Below are positions 13,904 through 26,915 of a stretch of 64,000 nt of DNA, piece after piece. Origin of the DNA: Octopus bimaculoides. Taxonomy: Eukaryota. The notes beneath the pieces were generated by a model. That model had not been told where the DNA came from. It saw only the letters and a program-made list of their open reading frames with translations, and did not search any database. The stretch is taken from positions 83,359,117 through 83,423,116 of the forward strand of contig NC_068986.1 in assembly GCF_001194135.2 (NCBI RefSeq), in the 5' to 3' direction. A program made the translations under genes and the position numbers. Numbering within the stretch: position 1 is the first letter of the stretch; every line of letters begins with the position of its first letter.

Positions 13904-14269
13904 CTGTAATCAATTACACTCAGTTATATATCAATTTATAGAAGTAATATTAAAAAAAAATATTTAAATGGAACTTCAGTGAAACAGAAGACCAATCTAC
14001 TAAATGTACTGATGGTGTAACAGATCCATGTAACCCTTCCTTCCCCACCATTACCACATTCATATCTATCTTTTCATCCAGTTATATCTTAATCAAGGCT
14101 AGAAATGTCAAACCGAAAACATTTCCTAAGTTTCTACAAGATTTTAATGGGGTCGTAGATAGCACAAGTTTTATATTATTAAAATGAAGAAAAAAATGAA
14201 GGTGATAGATTACTAACCTTATAGCAGGCCTCTGCTACAGACTACTTTGCTAACTAAATCAGACTCCAC

Positions 14270-14760
14270 GAGCATGCCATATAGTATATAAACAATCACT
14301 GTCTTCTGCAAGCACCAATTTCCTGAGACCTAACCTCAACACTTCCTTCCAGGTTTTCTTCCTCCAACAGTACATTAACATGTTCAGCCAATGCACAACA
14401 GAACACAATCCACTTAGCACAGTGTCATGCATGTGCACATCATTTTCCAGTACAGTACAACATTAGGTTGTAGATGTTTCATATTACCACAATAATAAAA
14501 ACCCCTTTGTTACCAAGAGGGAACAGCTCTTAACTTATTCTCACAAATCTCATCTTTACTGTTTTCTGCAGGAGTCTGTATCCATACATTACATTCCATT
14601 CCCAGGTAATAGAAGCAACATTAACCGTCTGCATAATTCAAGGACTTCAGTCATCTTTACTTAACTACTCCTGTGCACATCTGGCTCTGCCAGCATGTCA
14701 AATTCCCATGTACATTTGCACTGAGACCACAATTTTGAGTTCCTGCTAGCTTTAAACACA
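14270..14760 (-). mobile_element. Old RTE-type LINE fragments in TPX2 intron
   Basis: Reverse strand gives a degenerate match to the C-terminal region of the 15186-16743 LINE (...RKTWKEVLRL.LRKL). Confidence 0.5.
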
Positions 14761-15185
14761 GAGCAATTTTTCAGACTGAGCTGTTAAAAGCAAGCATTTT
14801 GGTCTTTCTCGTGTTGACCATTAGTCATTTGCATGTATGAAAATTTTAAAGGTGAGGGGAGAACTATAAGTAAAAAGCTAAAGTGAACATTACATAATGT
14901 AAAATTGTGGACAGAGACCTTTGAATTAGCCCACAACATTAGAGATTTTTCTCAATTTATTGCTCTAGCAAACAAAGAAAATCACAAATTAGCAATTATC
15001 TCATGGCATCAAGCTGTGGTAAAGGAACAAAAAACGGAAGGCAGGTTGCTTTCAAATATGAGGTTAAAACGTCTAGATATTAAGAACAATGAAGTTTGTG
15101 AAGTTGCAACTTAAAGTGACTGTCCTTAGATGGATGAAGACAAATATTTGACAAGTGAGAGCATCTACCCATACTTTTTTTTACT

Positions 15186-16743
15186 ATTTCTGGTAAGACA
15201 ACTGCAGGAGAAATACCTAGCCAAAGATAAACCTCTGTACCTGGCTTTCATTGACATGAAGAAAGCCTTTGACAGGGTCTCCCGATCCCTTATCTGGTGG
15301 TCAATGAGGACAGAAGAATGGTTAGTGAGAGCTGTGCGAGCCATGTACAAAGACACTGTCAGTAAGATGAGGGTTGACAACGAGTACAGTGAAGAATTCC
15401 AGGTAGAGGTAGGGGTCTACCAAGGTTCAGTCCTTAGCTCCCTCCTATTTATCATAGTCCTCCAGACAATAACACAGGAATTCAAGACAGGCTGCACCTG
15501 GGAGCTCCTCTATGCTGATGACCTTGCGTTAATTGCTGAGTCAGTATCAGAACTAGAGAAGTTTCAGGTGTGGAAGCAAGGACTATAATCGAAGGGCCTT
15601 AGAGTCAACCTAGCTAAAACCAAAGTCCTAATAAGTAGGAAGGTAGACAAAAAACAAACCCCTTCAGGTAGATGGCCCCACTCGATCTGTAGAAAAGGCA
15701 TAGGTAGAAACTCTATAAGATGTACCCAGTGTAAGCTATGGACACATAAGAGGTGCAACAATATCAAAGGAAGGCTAACTAGGAAGATAGTTTTTGTACG
15801 TGGCAGATGTTCAGGAGCAATAAACACTGAAAATGTGCAGAAAACAAATGCCACATTCCAGGGAGAAAAACTAGAAGTAGTTGATAGCTTCTGTTATCTA
15901 GGTGACCAAGTTAATAGCTGGGGAGGGTGTGCTGAAAGTGTAGCATCTAGAATAAGAATAGCCTGGGCAAAGTTCAGAGAGCTCATACTCTTGCTGGTGA
16001 CAAAGGTTACCTCACTCAGAGTAAAAGGCAGACTGTATGACGCATGTGTACGAACAGCCATGCTACATGGCAGTGAAACATGGGCCGTGACTGCTGAGGA
16101 CATGCGTAAGCTCGCAATGAACGAAGCCAGTATGCTCCGAAGGATGTGTAATGTTAGTGTGCATACTCAACAGAGTGTAAGTACCTTGAGAGAAAAGTTG
16201 GACCTAAGAAGCATCAGTTGTGGTGTGCAAAAGAGACGATTGCGCTGGTATGGTCATGTGGCGAGAATGGATGAGGATAGCTGTGTGAAAAAGTGCAACA
16301 CCCTTGCGGTTGAGGGAACCTGTGGAAGAGGTGGGAAGACCTGGGATGAGGTGGTGAAGCACAACTTTCGGACATTAGGCCTCACCGAGGCAATGACTTG
16401 TGACCAAGACCTTTGGAAAAATGCAGTGCGCGAGAAGACCCGGCAAGCCAAGTGAGACCATAATCCGAGGCCTTGGCCAGGGATGTAGCCAGCCTACTTA
16501 TGCGTACCTTTCCTTCGTAGACACTAAACTCAGCTTGCGAAAACCTGTTGGGGCAAGTGAAATCGAAATCGTGATTGAACCAAATTCGATGACTGGCGCC
16601 TGTGTCAGTGGAAAGCTAATAGCACCGTCCGAGCGTGATCATTGCCAGTGGCATATAAATAGCACCATTTGAGCATGATCGTTACCAGCTTCACCTTACT
16701 GGCACGTGAAAACATTTGAGCGAAGTCGTTGCCAGTGCCGCTG
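15186..16743 (+). mobile_element. 5'-truncated RTE-clade LINE: RT C-terminal half, internal PHD-like Zn finger, C-terminal domain, partial 3' UTR
   Basis: LAFIDMKKAFDRV, QGSVLS.LLF and LYADDL motifs. ORFs 15130-15588 and 15835-16455 are in the same frame, separated by one TAA at 15586-15588. GHVARMDED and GKTWDEVV motifs are present. Confidence 0.93.
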
Positions 16744-17409
16744 TACTAAGCCAACAAGGGATCCTCTACATATTACTCAACCAGAAATAACAGCTAGCTC
16801 TCTCTCAAATTACATCCTAGGGTCTTAAAAATAGATTCATTAACAATGTGATCCCAAATTCTCTGCACAGAGGAGTAAGATGGTTATCCGATCATAGGTT
16901 TGCTCAAGCAAGGTTGAGCAGTCTTGTATAAGCCTTTCATACAGTTTCAAATTCTTTATACTCTTCATTTCTGCTTCCAGTTCTCATTTCCAAGTGATTC
17001 TTGGGTCTCATTCTTGCTGGTACCCAAGATATCACTGCTATATTTGCTGCACTCAGCTGTTACTTGACCCTCCTTCTAGCCTGGCACAGCTTGTATAGTT
17101 TAGATTCCTGAACTGGAGATTTTTAAGGCCAAAATGCACTTTAGATGGCTAACTTTTCAAAAAAAGAGAAAACCCGAAGACATCACGTTTGAAGCATGGA
17201 GGCTTTCTTAAATGAGATAGGAAAGTTCATTTTGATTCTGCCTGGTTTCCACAAAAATTTTCATGCAGCACAAGTACAAAATACACTCAACCTGAAACCC
17301 CAGTTTACTATCCTTTAACTAACATGGCAGAAGGTACTATGGTGTCTATTGGAGGGTGTCTCTGCATCTACATGGTGAACAAGAAAATACTAGTCACAAA
17401 ATAACTCAC

Positions 17410-17553
17410 CTGACGCTGTTTCTCTTCAATCCTTTTTTCCACACGTTCTTCAATTAACAATTTGAATGGCTCTTGTTTTGTCACAACCAAAGGCTTTTTG
17501 GCAGGGAGACCAGGCTTATAATTAGGGATTGGATTGGCATAAAATTCAGATAC
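17410..17553 (-). CDS. TPX2: TPX2 coding exon 11
   Basis: ttttag|...|gtgagt; VSEFYANPIPNYKPGLPAKKPLVVTKQEPFKLLIEER...; 144 nt, phase 0 to 0. Confidence 0.93.
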
Positions 17554-18544
17554 CTAAAAAAGTAAAGCAAATAAGTATATTATAATACAGCTACGTTTTT
17601 CTATGCTGACGAAGTTTAACAGATATGCAGATATAGAAAATACAACCTGTTAGAAATAACCAAATCTCCTTCAAATTACACCTCATGATCTTGAAAATAA
17701 GAGAGTCCCCGAAACAGACACAAATACTGTGGTCCCAAATATGCAATGCCTAGCTTCATACTTCATAACTGAACAGTTACACAGAGAAGTGTCACACCAA
17801 ATAAGTGGTGTAATAGTGTTAGTAAATGATACAAATAAAAACAAGATACTCCAGAAATAAATGACTACATCATTGTTTTGAAGTCCACTTTCCAATGCTT
17901 GCACAGGTTGGAGGGAATTGAGGCAAATTTCAAGGTAACATTTCCCCAGACAGATATGTTTTCTGCAGAATTAGAAATGAAGGACATTGCTTGTATCATA
18001 TATTAAGACAAAGAGACATAAACATACACTCAAACACGTGTGTATTCATCACACACACACAATGTGCCTATAATGGGAAGCAAGGTTCTGGATATCGGTT
18101 GAATATCGCCTTTCTCTCATTAATTTCTTATTCTTCGGGTTGCTATGGCTCCAGCAGTCGAGTAAAGAAGTATTAGGGAAAATGCAGGTTCTCCATTAGT
18201 TTTACTTACAATATATACAAAGGTGTGGTATTTTGCTCTTTTGCAGCCATCTCATGCGGCATGAATTCATCGTTCTCTATTACGCGGGCCATTGCCTCAG
18301 GAGATGCGACAAGTGGACTAGCATAGAGGCTCAGCCAGTGAAGTGTACTCTGCGAGCAGTTGCAGGTAAAAGAGAAAAGAGTGAACCTTGTGGCTTCTTC
18401 CTTTTATATAGTTTGCCATCGCAAGCCTCATTGTGAGCACATGCACTGCAAATGGATACAAGTGAGTTCTCGCTCCAGTCTTGGAGATGGCAATGGCTGC
18501 CGTGAGATCTCACCCAACATGGCGCTGACTGCTTGTGCCGCTAC

Positions 18545-18951
18545 AAAATCACTTCTTTAACTTTCTAAGACATCTCAACGCTTCTAAAAGCAAACTTCGT
18601 CTGTTTATTTACGTTTGTCATAATTTGAATTTAACATATGGGAGAGTCTCATAAAGCGAGATTTATATATCTTAAATTTGCAGAGGAATTTGTAGTGGGT
18701 AATTTAGCTTAATTGGTCAAAGCATCGTGACGCGTAATCATGGGGATGTGAGTTAGAGTCCACAGCTAGCCACCTACACTTTTCTCTGCAAAATAGGGAT
18801 AGTTTATCCTGTTCAGGCTATATTATTAGCATTATTCTGCGATTGAGAATTTAAAAAAATCACTTCTTTAACTTTCTAAGACATCTCAACGCTTCTAAAA
18901 GCGAACTTCGTTTGTTTATTTACGTTTGTCGTAATTTGAATTTAACATATG
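18545..18951. repeat. Two 96-bp direct repeats (18545-18640 and 18856-18951) enclosing an inverted-repeat-bracketed tRNA-like sequence
   Basis: The copies differ at 3 of 96 positions by direct comparison. Confidence 0.9.
18698..18771 (+). pseudogene. Degenerate tRNA-like sequence (anticodon position CGT, Thr-like) or Pol III-derived element head
   Basis: A-box tagcttaattgg; D-stem gctt/aagc; anticodon stem cgtga/tcatg with 7-nt loop cgcgtaa; B-box-like gttagagtc. The acceptor stem is imperfect and the T-stem has a 1-nt deletion. Confidence 0.6.
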
Positions 18952-19275
18952 TAATTACATTTGGCAAAAGAAAGACTTGGCAATTACAGTTTACATTTAA
19001 CTGAGTAATAACATACACATCACCTGGCAGCAATAATGTATAAAGAGCTAGTGTCAACTTGCATTTACAAAATGAAATTTATGTTAACTTATTTTGGGAC
19101 AACAATGTCATGACACCATTTGTCTAACTTAAACAACAATATCTGCTGAAAATTACTCCTGGATACTAGCTTGAAAAATCACTAAATATACATAAATACA
19201 TACATACATACATACATATATATATATGTGCGTCTTACTAATAGTAACTTCTCTCCAAACAAAACCAATACAAAC

Positions 19276-19452
19276 CTTTGCACTCTCCTCTTTTATTTTC
19301 TTAATATGCTCTTCTCTTTTCACCAAAAGCTCCCTCATCCGATCATCAAAAGTGAAAGGTTCTACCACTGTGCACCGATGGTCTAATTTTGGTTCAAACT
19401 TTATGCCACTGTGGATGTAAGGTCTGAACTTTGGCTTCTTTATCAAATTCTC
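19276..19452 (-). CDS. TPX2: TPX2 coding exon 10
   Basis: tttcag|...|gtttgt; ENLIKKPKFRPYIHSGIKFEPKLDHRCTVVEPFTFDDRMRELLVKREE...; 177 nt, phase 0 to 0. Confidence 0.92.
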
Positions 19453-21211
19453 CTGAAAATAAAATATATATATATATATATGTATATATATTAGTGCTTA
19501 CTTTGAAAACCAGATATATGCATCAGAATGACTTTTGAGTAATTGTTTAAGGCAACAAATTGAATATATCTGATTTTGATTGGAAGACTAAGATTCAGCA
19601 ACTGTCTATATGGCATCAATCCCAGTTTGAAAACAATTTCACATGCATGAAGCCAGCAGCTTGCAGATTGTGTTTTAATGGTTATGAAATCAACCAAATA
19701 TGCACTTGCACTGGTTTTGAAAGTAAGCTCCTCATATATGGAAGGTTATAGAAATAGAAGAGCAATTTCAGTGCGCATGTGAACATATGTGCATAAGAGT
19801 ATTGTTGTGTAAGTATCTTTTATATGCAAGAAAGCATTAGCATATGTATGTAAGCCTTTGTGTATGTGTGGTGTCAGTACAACCTGTTTCAAAGTGAGCT
19901 TATTTGTTTTAAGTAGAAAAGATCAGGTTTGTAGGGAGCGAGTAGGCCGAATTGATCTTCATGAGTAATGCATGACAGCTCAATAGCACTTGTTACTGAT
20001 GCTTTCCTCCTGTGCTTAAATTTACCTTTCAGTAATCAACAGTTTAGTCTTCAAGGGGGGATAGTAGTCCCAAACCCAACATTAAATTTGAAGAACGAAA
20101 GATGGAAAATAAAGTAAATTGAAACTAGATTAGCAATCAGGATGCTAAGTCATCAAATTGCTCATATGAGTGCTAATTGTCATCCTGTTATCTCCAAGAT
20201 TAATGAAGGGCTATGCTCGAGTGAGGCTATTCCCTAAGAGGTCACTGAGTACCTTAGCTTGGAATCAAGCCACTAAGGGAGTCTGTATGTAGTCATACAA
20301 TTTGATAGAATTAGTAACCAAATTTCACTGAAATCATGCCCTCCATTTAAAAAAAAAAAGACAATGCATAGTATAATCTTAGCCATATATGAAAAAGAAA
20401 GGATGCAACATGAATGCTTTTAAACAGATCTGCTTGATCAAGGCTAACCTAGATTTAAACAATTCTGAAATAGTCAATGCTGTCTACTAAAGTGCAACAT
20501 GATCAACTATTTGTGTTATGTTACACGGAAAATGAGGAGTGGAACCAGTGAAAAGAAAGTGCAGGATCAATGGATAGGTTGAACAAATTAGAGTTTAAGT
20601 GATGCAGAAACTTTGGTTCTGATTTTGTGCAACACTTGATTTGTTTTGACTAGGCCTCCACACCTAATCTCTGTAAAGGAGAAATACTAAATGGAATCAA
20701 CCCTTCCTTACATTACTGATACACGAAATCTAGAGGGATGAATGCAAAATTGCTATGCAAGTGTGATTTGAACTCAGATCAGCAAGATGCAAAACATTAC
20801 AATAAAGCATTTATGCTCTACAGTGCCAGCCACTTTCCTTACAAACAGGATGTTTTTTTTTTTTCAACATAGGAATGAAGGAAAATTTTGATCCTGTATT
20901 TGTCTGGTACTTATGTCGATACAATAATACAAAATACAGTGGTGAACAATATCTGATATAAGAATCATGTGTATATTTCAGATACATAATACCAGAACAA
21001 TGTCCTGAAACACTAAGGAGATGTGCATGTACCAATACATGAATATAGTGTTTGATGTGAGAATATTGAGGAAGGTCAAGATGTAGAAAATGTTCAAGTA
21101 TTGCAGACTTGCCCAACTGTCTCTGTAGACAAAATGGTAGTGACATAATGATAATCATGGTAACGGTGGTGGCAGTGATTGCAATGATATAGAAAATACA
21201 GAATGACATAC

Positions 21212-21313
21212 CTGTTTAGGTTCTTCTATATGAGGTCGATGGATACGGTGTTTCAATGCAAAAGCAGGAGAAGCTGGAATAGTCACTGGAAGAGATTCAG
21301 CCTCTTTCACACC
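21212..21313 (-). CDS. TPX2: TPX2 coding exon 9
   Basis: tttcag|...|gtatgt; GVKEAESLPVTIPASPAFALKHRIHRP matches TPX2 GVPEKKVLPITVPKSPAFALKNR. Confidence 0.95.
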
Positions 21314-21627
21314 CTGAAATAAAAGAAATCAACAATGACAGTAACCTGCTATTTTGTCTTTATCAACTCAAAAGACACTACACGATGCACCCCAAGCCAC
21401 ACAACACCAACACATAGGAAGCCAGTATGGTCAATCATCTATAGCTCAATTTCCTCCAAACCACACCGTACAAAAATAAAGCAAGATGGTCATGGTAAGA
21501 AAGACCGACCACAGGCCTGATCAATTAGGATTGACCTAGGACTAAAAATCTTTTAAGCAGTCCACTTCACAAAAGTGTTTCAGGTTGGAACAAATATTAC
21601 ATTAAAGAAAGTAAAGTTATTAAGTAC

Positions 21628-21838
21628 CACAACTCCTCGAAGTATTTCAGTAGGAACAGGCTGAGCACGGAATCGGTAATCAAATTCATCATCAGTAGAA
21701 GCCCTCTTTGTTGAAGGAATCTTGCTGCCAGGCAAATCAAATGGTTTCACAACAGTTGGGTCTTTCTTTGGTACTTCTTTCACACCAACAGGTGCCTCAA
21801 AGATCTTCCTATTTACATCCTTTGCCTTGAACTGATTC
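21628..21838 (-). CDS. TPX2: TPX2 coding exon 8
   Basis: gtatag|...|gtactt; NQFKAKDVNRKIFE...KDPTVVKPFDL...YRFRAQPVPTEILRGVV; phase 2 to 0. Confidence 0.95.
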
Positions 21839-22563
21839 CTATACAAAAAGATAATTTCAAATAAAACAATGGCTTCTAACATTGGTTCAAGGCCATGGAT
21901 TCTAGAGTGGGATGGTTTAGATGATTTAACTAGACCCAGAAAGTCACAGGTATTTCTTTCATTAACCTCAGAAGGATGGAGGTCAAAGTATACTAACGGG
22001 ATTTGAACTCAACATAAACAGGAATAATTGAACAATGCAATGTAGAAAGGTAATTAGATATTCTAGCACTTCTGTAGACAGGGTAAGTTTTGTACAAAAA
22101 AAAAAAAAATTCATTTAACTCAACATTAGTACATAACCTGTAGTTATTTCATGCTCACAAACTACCATTAAAAGATTTGGTCACAAGATATATAAGAAAC
22201 AGAGGTAATCAGTTTGAAATTTAGTGGAAGAGTGTCGGACCTTTTCCTATGTATTTTCAAAAATTCCAACTAATTATAGGGTTAACCTTATCACACGAAC
22301 CAAAGCTCCACAATACACAAAGCCAGATCCACACACTGAAAACTCATAACTTCAGAGATACAATATGAACTAATGAGGGAACTGCAAAAAATTACACATT
22401 ATTAGAGGTAAGACAAACAGTATAGACTTAGATACAGAAAAAGGATGGTCATGGCTAGAATATCTGATTATAGGCTTGCTTGATTAGGGCTGACCTAAGC
22501 TAAACAACAAACTACACAACACAAGAATCATACAGTAAGAGAGGAATGAAAATAATAGCTTAC

Positions 22564-22705
22564 ATCTTTATCTCTTCCAGTTCTATCTCTTCCAACTCCT
22601 TCTGGCTGAGAACATGTATAGGTCGTGACCTATCTTTGCTGCTCAACTGAGGAGACTTGGCAATGGTGCATCTTGGTGCACACCAAGCTTTCTTTGGAGC
22701 AGGTT
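22564..22705 (-). CDS. TPX2: TPX2 coding exon 7
   Basis: tttcag|...|gtaagc; EPAPKKAWCAPRCTIAKSPQLSSKDRSRPIHVLSQKELEEIELEEIK; phase 1 to 2. Confidence 0.93.
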
Positions 22706-23818
22706 CTGAAATACAAAAAGAAAATTAGGTTAAGTGGGGCAAGTGAGAATGAACATGTACATGTAAGGAGAGGCTTGTAAGGACAATGAAAAGGAATTAT
22801 AAGGAAGAGGAATAGAGAAGTGAGGAACTATAGAAGCAAAAGATGAATAATCTTGCCTTTTTAGTCAATTATCAAGGAGTTATGTCACTTTCATTGTTAA
22901 ATAGCATAGCCTAGCAAAGACAAGTCTACAAATATGGTGGACAGGGATGTATTTAATCAAATAAATTGACTTCAGCAAGATTTGAAGTTGGAATAGCAAA
23001 AAGATACCCAAATAGTGCTATACATCGACTTACAATCAACAACAATTTAAAATAGTTAACCAACAGAACTATAGAAACTATATTTGATATAAATCATCAA
23101 ACAACCATTTTACATGTAGGCATCCCTTTTATGGCTGGGTGCACCTCCCAACACCAACTGCTTTACAGAGTGTACTGGGTGCTTTTTGTAGCACTGGTAA
23201 GTTTACCAAGCAACTCAAAAAAAAACTAAGAAAAAATATCTAAGTGGGAATGTAGTTGAGAGGGAGATGGCTTTATGTCAGGCGTCGAGAGATTAAAGTA
23301 TGACAGTAAAACAGAAGCTATCTTGTAGAGGAGATACATGGTTACCCCACATTAGAAGCTGGAAAGAGATAAAGATTGAGGTTACAAGATGTCGGGGTCT
23401 TATCCTCAAGGTACTGAAATAGTATACAAGACAGAAGAGGGACAGATGATTAAGTTTGCCAGAGTGCAAGATGTGGGTGAAAAATGGTTGGGCATAGATG
23501 TGAATAAAATTTCAGCTCTTTGCAAGTTAATGTATTTCTTTAAGATAGAAAGAATTATCCTAAGTAAATTATACTCTTTTGTTGCTACTCTTGTACTTAA
23601 ACATTTGGTCAATAATGACAAATTAATTTCCTAATTGAAAATGAGTGAAAAGAAAAAACTGAAGCAGAGGGAATTTGGGAGTTTTAGAATAACAGAGTGA
23701 GTGGGTGGGTTTGAGTAGTGCACGCTATGAAAGCAACAATCACATGCAGATAACTAAGCTATTTTTTTTTAGAAATTAAATGCAAAAATTCAAACTTTTA
23801 ACTAGAAATTTAGTTTTG

Positions 23819-23958
23819 TGGTGTTAGGAAGGGCATCCAGCTGTAGAAACTCTGCCAAATCAGATTGGAGCCTGGTGTAGCCATCTGGTTTCACCAGTCC
23901 TCAGTCAAATCGTCCAGCCCATGCTAGCATGGAAAGCGGACGTTAAACGATGATGATG
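23819..23958 (+). mobile_element. Free 3' tail of RTE-type LINE
   Basis: gttaggaagggcatccagctgtagaaac...aaagcggacgttaaacgatgatgatg. Confidence 0.85.
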
Positions 23959-25612
23959 AATAAAAAAAAAAAACTTCATTAGCAGCTTTGAATCAATAGA
24001 AAAAAAAAATCAATATGAATACATGGCTGTGGGGGTATTGATTTTACTTGCAATAACAATGTTCCAGGTTCAATCCCACTGTGTGGTACATCTTGAGAAA
24101 CTAATTTCTACCATAGTCACAAGGCAAATCAAGTCCAATCAGTGTAATTGAGTTCAAATTTCCATAGGGACCCTATACTTAATCCAAGAGCCCAGTTTTG
24201 TTTGTTGTACTGATTCTGTCCGAGGATTAGGTTATGGCTACAAGTTTCTAAGGAATACTTGGATACTTCCACTATGACTGAATAAATTCAGTGATGAAGC
24301 AGTTGAAACATGCAATACTTTGTTAAAAATCAACAAATCCACCATCATCTTCAGTGTGTGAGAGTGTGTGTATTGAATGTTCAAAAAGAGAATCAATAGT
24401 TATGAATGAATATATATAGCATTGCTAATAGTTTCAAGTCATCATCTGACAACTGTCTCCTATGGGTAGAATGGTTTGACAGTAGTGAAGTTGGCATGCA
24501 ACTCACAAGACGAAAAAGTCTTTCAAGTGAATAGGACTGTGGTAGAGAGGAAAGGCAGCTTGATGTCAGATGAGGAAAGGCTTGAGGAATAGGTGTCCTG
24601 TGGTAGGGGAGATACAAGGTTACCTCACATTAAATGCAAATTCTGTGTGTGTGTGTGTGTGTTACACATTTAGATTCTCCAGTTTCTTTCAGTGGAAAGT
24701 TGTTACATAAGACATGGTTAATGTCAAGATAAATTTACTCTGCTTTGTGTTACAGGAAAGTAACATTTCCACACCCAGCTTTCAAATGTGTTTCTTTCAC
24801 AATTAACTTTCTAGAGTGATGAGAATTCAATTTATTAGCAATGATATAAGTATGCATTTGAAAATTGAGTTGATAAATGGAAAGGTACTTTAAAAAAATC
24901 TAAAAACAAAATTGGATTTTAAAATCAAATGATTTCCTTAATCATTGTAAAGAAAAGCATAGAACAAAGTCTACCACTGAGTCCATAGGTGGATGTCAGT
25001 TCAATTACTGCTTCACATTTATTGTATATTTTGCAGCATGAAAACACTTTTGTAAAAGGAAAAAAAACTCTTGAAAACTAAATGCATCTTCCATGATGCA
25101 AGTTGAATTGTATCTACCACCATAGCCCGTTAGATACATTGAAAAGACATGTTAGAATGATTTTTAACTTCTTTAATAGATTCTCTATTAAAAATTGATA
25201 CGACAGATGATTGGTACCACTTAAGGCTTGTCCACACATTGAGCAGTACCTGGCAGTTGTTGTTGAGTGCTGCTAGATGACCAGCAGTGGCAGGTGTGGT
25301 ACAATCTCCATAATGTATCACATGAATAATCACAAGACACTTAAAGCAAAGAGTATAGTGCTGTGTACTAACACTGTCCAATCATGTGGGTGGGCTTAGG
25401 TAAATATAAAATTTTCAAGAATTACATTCCCAAAATCAGGGTGGGTCTTCCACAATGCAACATCTACTATTCTACAAAATATGGTAAGTGGTTAGCAGTT
25501 AAAATGGTCACACAGCTGTAACAGTGTGCAAGTGTAAATATTCAATCAAACCAACTATCCTACAGAATGGATTTGAAGTTAGAAATAAAATTACAAAAAA
25601 AATTTCAAATAC

Positions 25613-25772
25613 CTTTCGTATGAGTCCTATAGCGATCTGGAGTTCTCTTACAGAAGTTATTAATTTGTTCTGCTACTGACTGATATTTGGTATTAGTGGC
25701 TGTAGTCTTGTGATTGGTTTCACTAAACTTAAAAGGTTGAACAACTGTCCTTGTTGGCATCTTTAATGCTGG
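25613..25772 (-). CDS. TPX2: TPX2 coding exon 6
   Basis: ttgcag|...|gtattt; PALKMPTRTVVQPFKF...YQSVAEQINNFCKRTPDRYR matches TPX2 SLAQQVEDFHKRTPNRYH; phase 0 to 1. Confidence 0.95.
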
Positions 25773-26641
25773 CTGCAAGACAGAAAAAAAATATACTCTT
25801 GTTTTTTCATTTGCTTCAGTCATGTCTAGAGGAATACATCAATCCCATTATTTGTATGTGGTACTTTATCGCTATCTGTCTACAGTTTTGGTTTCATAGA
25901 GATGCAATTTGATACATCAGTAAAATGAATACTACATAGACAAGTATGGAAAGCGGATGTTAAACGATGATGATACTCCATGTCTATGTTGTAGCATTCT
26001 AAAAGCTGCTGCTTATGCTGTGTTCCTTCATGTTCCTTACAGGGTTTAACAAATACAAACTGAGAAAGTACTGGAGCCAATTTGATCAACTAAAATCTTT
26101 GAAGGTTGTGTTCCTTATGTCAGCCAGTGTTTTAAATACAGGTTTTGTCCCGTTAACGGGGGCGGCTGGATCTACCTCAATGCCATAGCAACTGCCCTCA
26201 CACCATCTCGCCCTGTTTTAGGTGTCCTCCCTATCTCCTCCTCCACGTTTTCCTCAGTCTCCCTCACTTTCTCAGTCCATTTACCTCAAACTTAAGCACC
26301 CTCCTCAGAATATGCTCCTCATCCCTCCTCAACACATGCCCATACCAGCCATTCTGATTCCTCCAGCCCCAGCATCCCCATCAAGTCTTCAGTCCACCTC
26401 TTAAACAGCTTCACTCCACACATTTCTCTCACTATTGCTCTCAGTCCTTCTCAAAATTGCCATCTCTCTCTCTCCTTTAGACACCATGTCTCACTCCCAT
26501 AAAGAATTGCAGTCCTCATGCAACTCCTATAGACCCTTCCTTTCATCTTCAATGAGAACCTTTTCCCATATAACACCATGACTGAAACAATTAAGAGAAT
26601 AAAATATAAACTTATCCAGAAGGGACTGAAATATCACTTAC

Positions 26642-26915
26642 GCAAGTTTTGTCTTCTTTGCGCAAGATCTGAGACAAGTCTGAAATTGGAGATTTTACAT
26701 TGTCAACTGAGTGACTACGGAGTCGTTTATCAGAATTGAACTGAAATTCTTTTGCAACTGTCAATTTTTTGTTGGAGGTAATAGGCTGATATCCCTTGGA
26801 ATTCTTCACTCTTTTCAGTGATTCTGCAGCCATTTTCTTAGCTTCCAAAGCCTTATTTCGTGCGATTTCCATCTGTTGTAGTTCAATTTCCTCATAAGTC
26901 ATGTGTTTAGATGTT
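26642..26915 (-). CDS. TPX2: TPX2 coding exon 5
   Basis: ttatag|...|gtaagt; TSKHMTYEEIELQQMEIARNKALEAKKMAAESLKRV...LTVAKEFQFNSDKRLR; phase 2 to 0. Confidence 0.95.

Noticed and set aside
18545-18951. CRISPR-like or hammerhead-ribozyme reading of the direct repeats
   Set aside because: There are only two 96-bp units in eukaryotic DNA with no cas genes, and no CTGANGA/GAAA core was found.
24393-24617. Candidate extra TPX2 exon with a cag acceptor near 24597
   Set aside because: It is open only in phase 2 while the upstream exon ends in phase 1; exons 6 and 7 already join correctly.
26130-26560. C/T-rich block with a Pro/Ser-rich 60-aa ORF
   Set aside because: Compositional bias only; no domain and no boundaries identified. 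Probably an old repeat.
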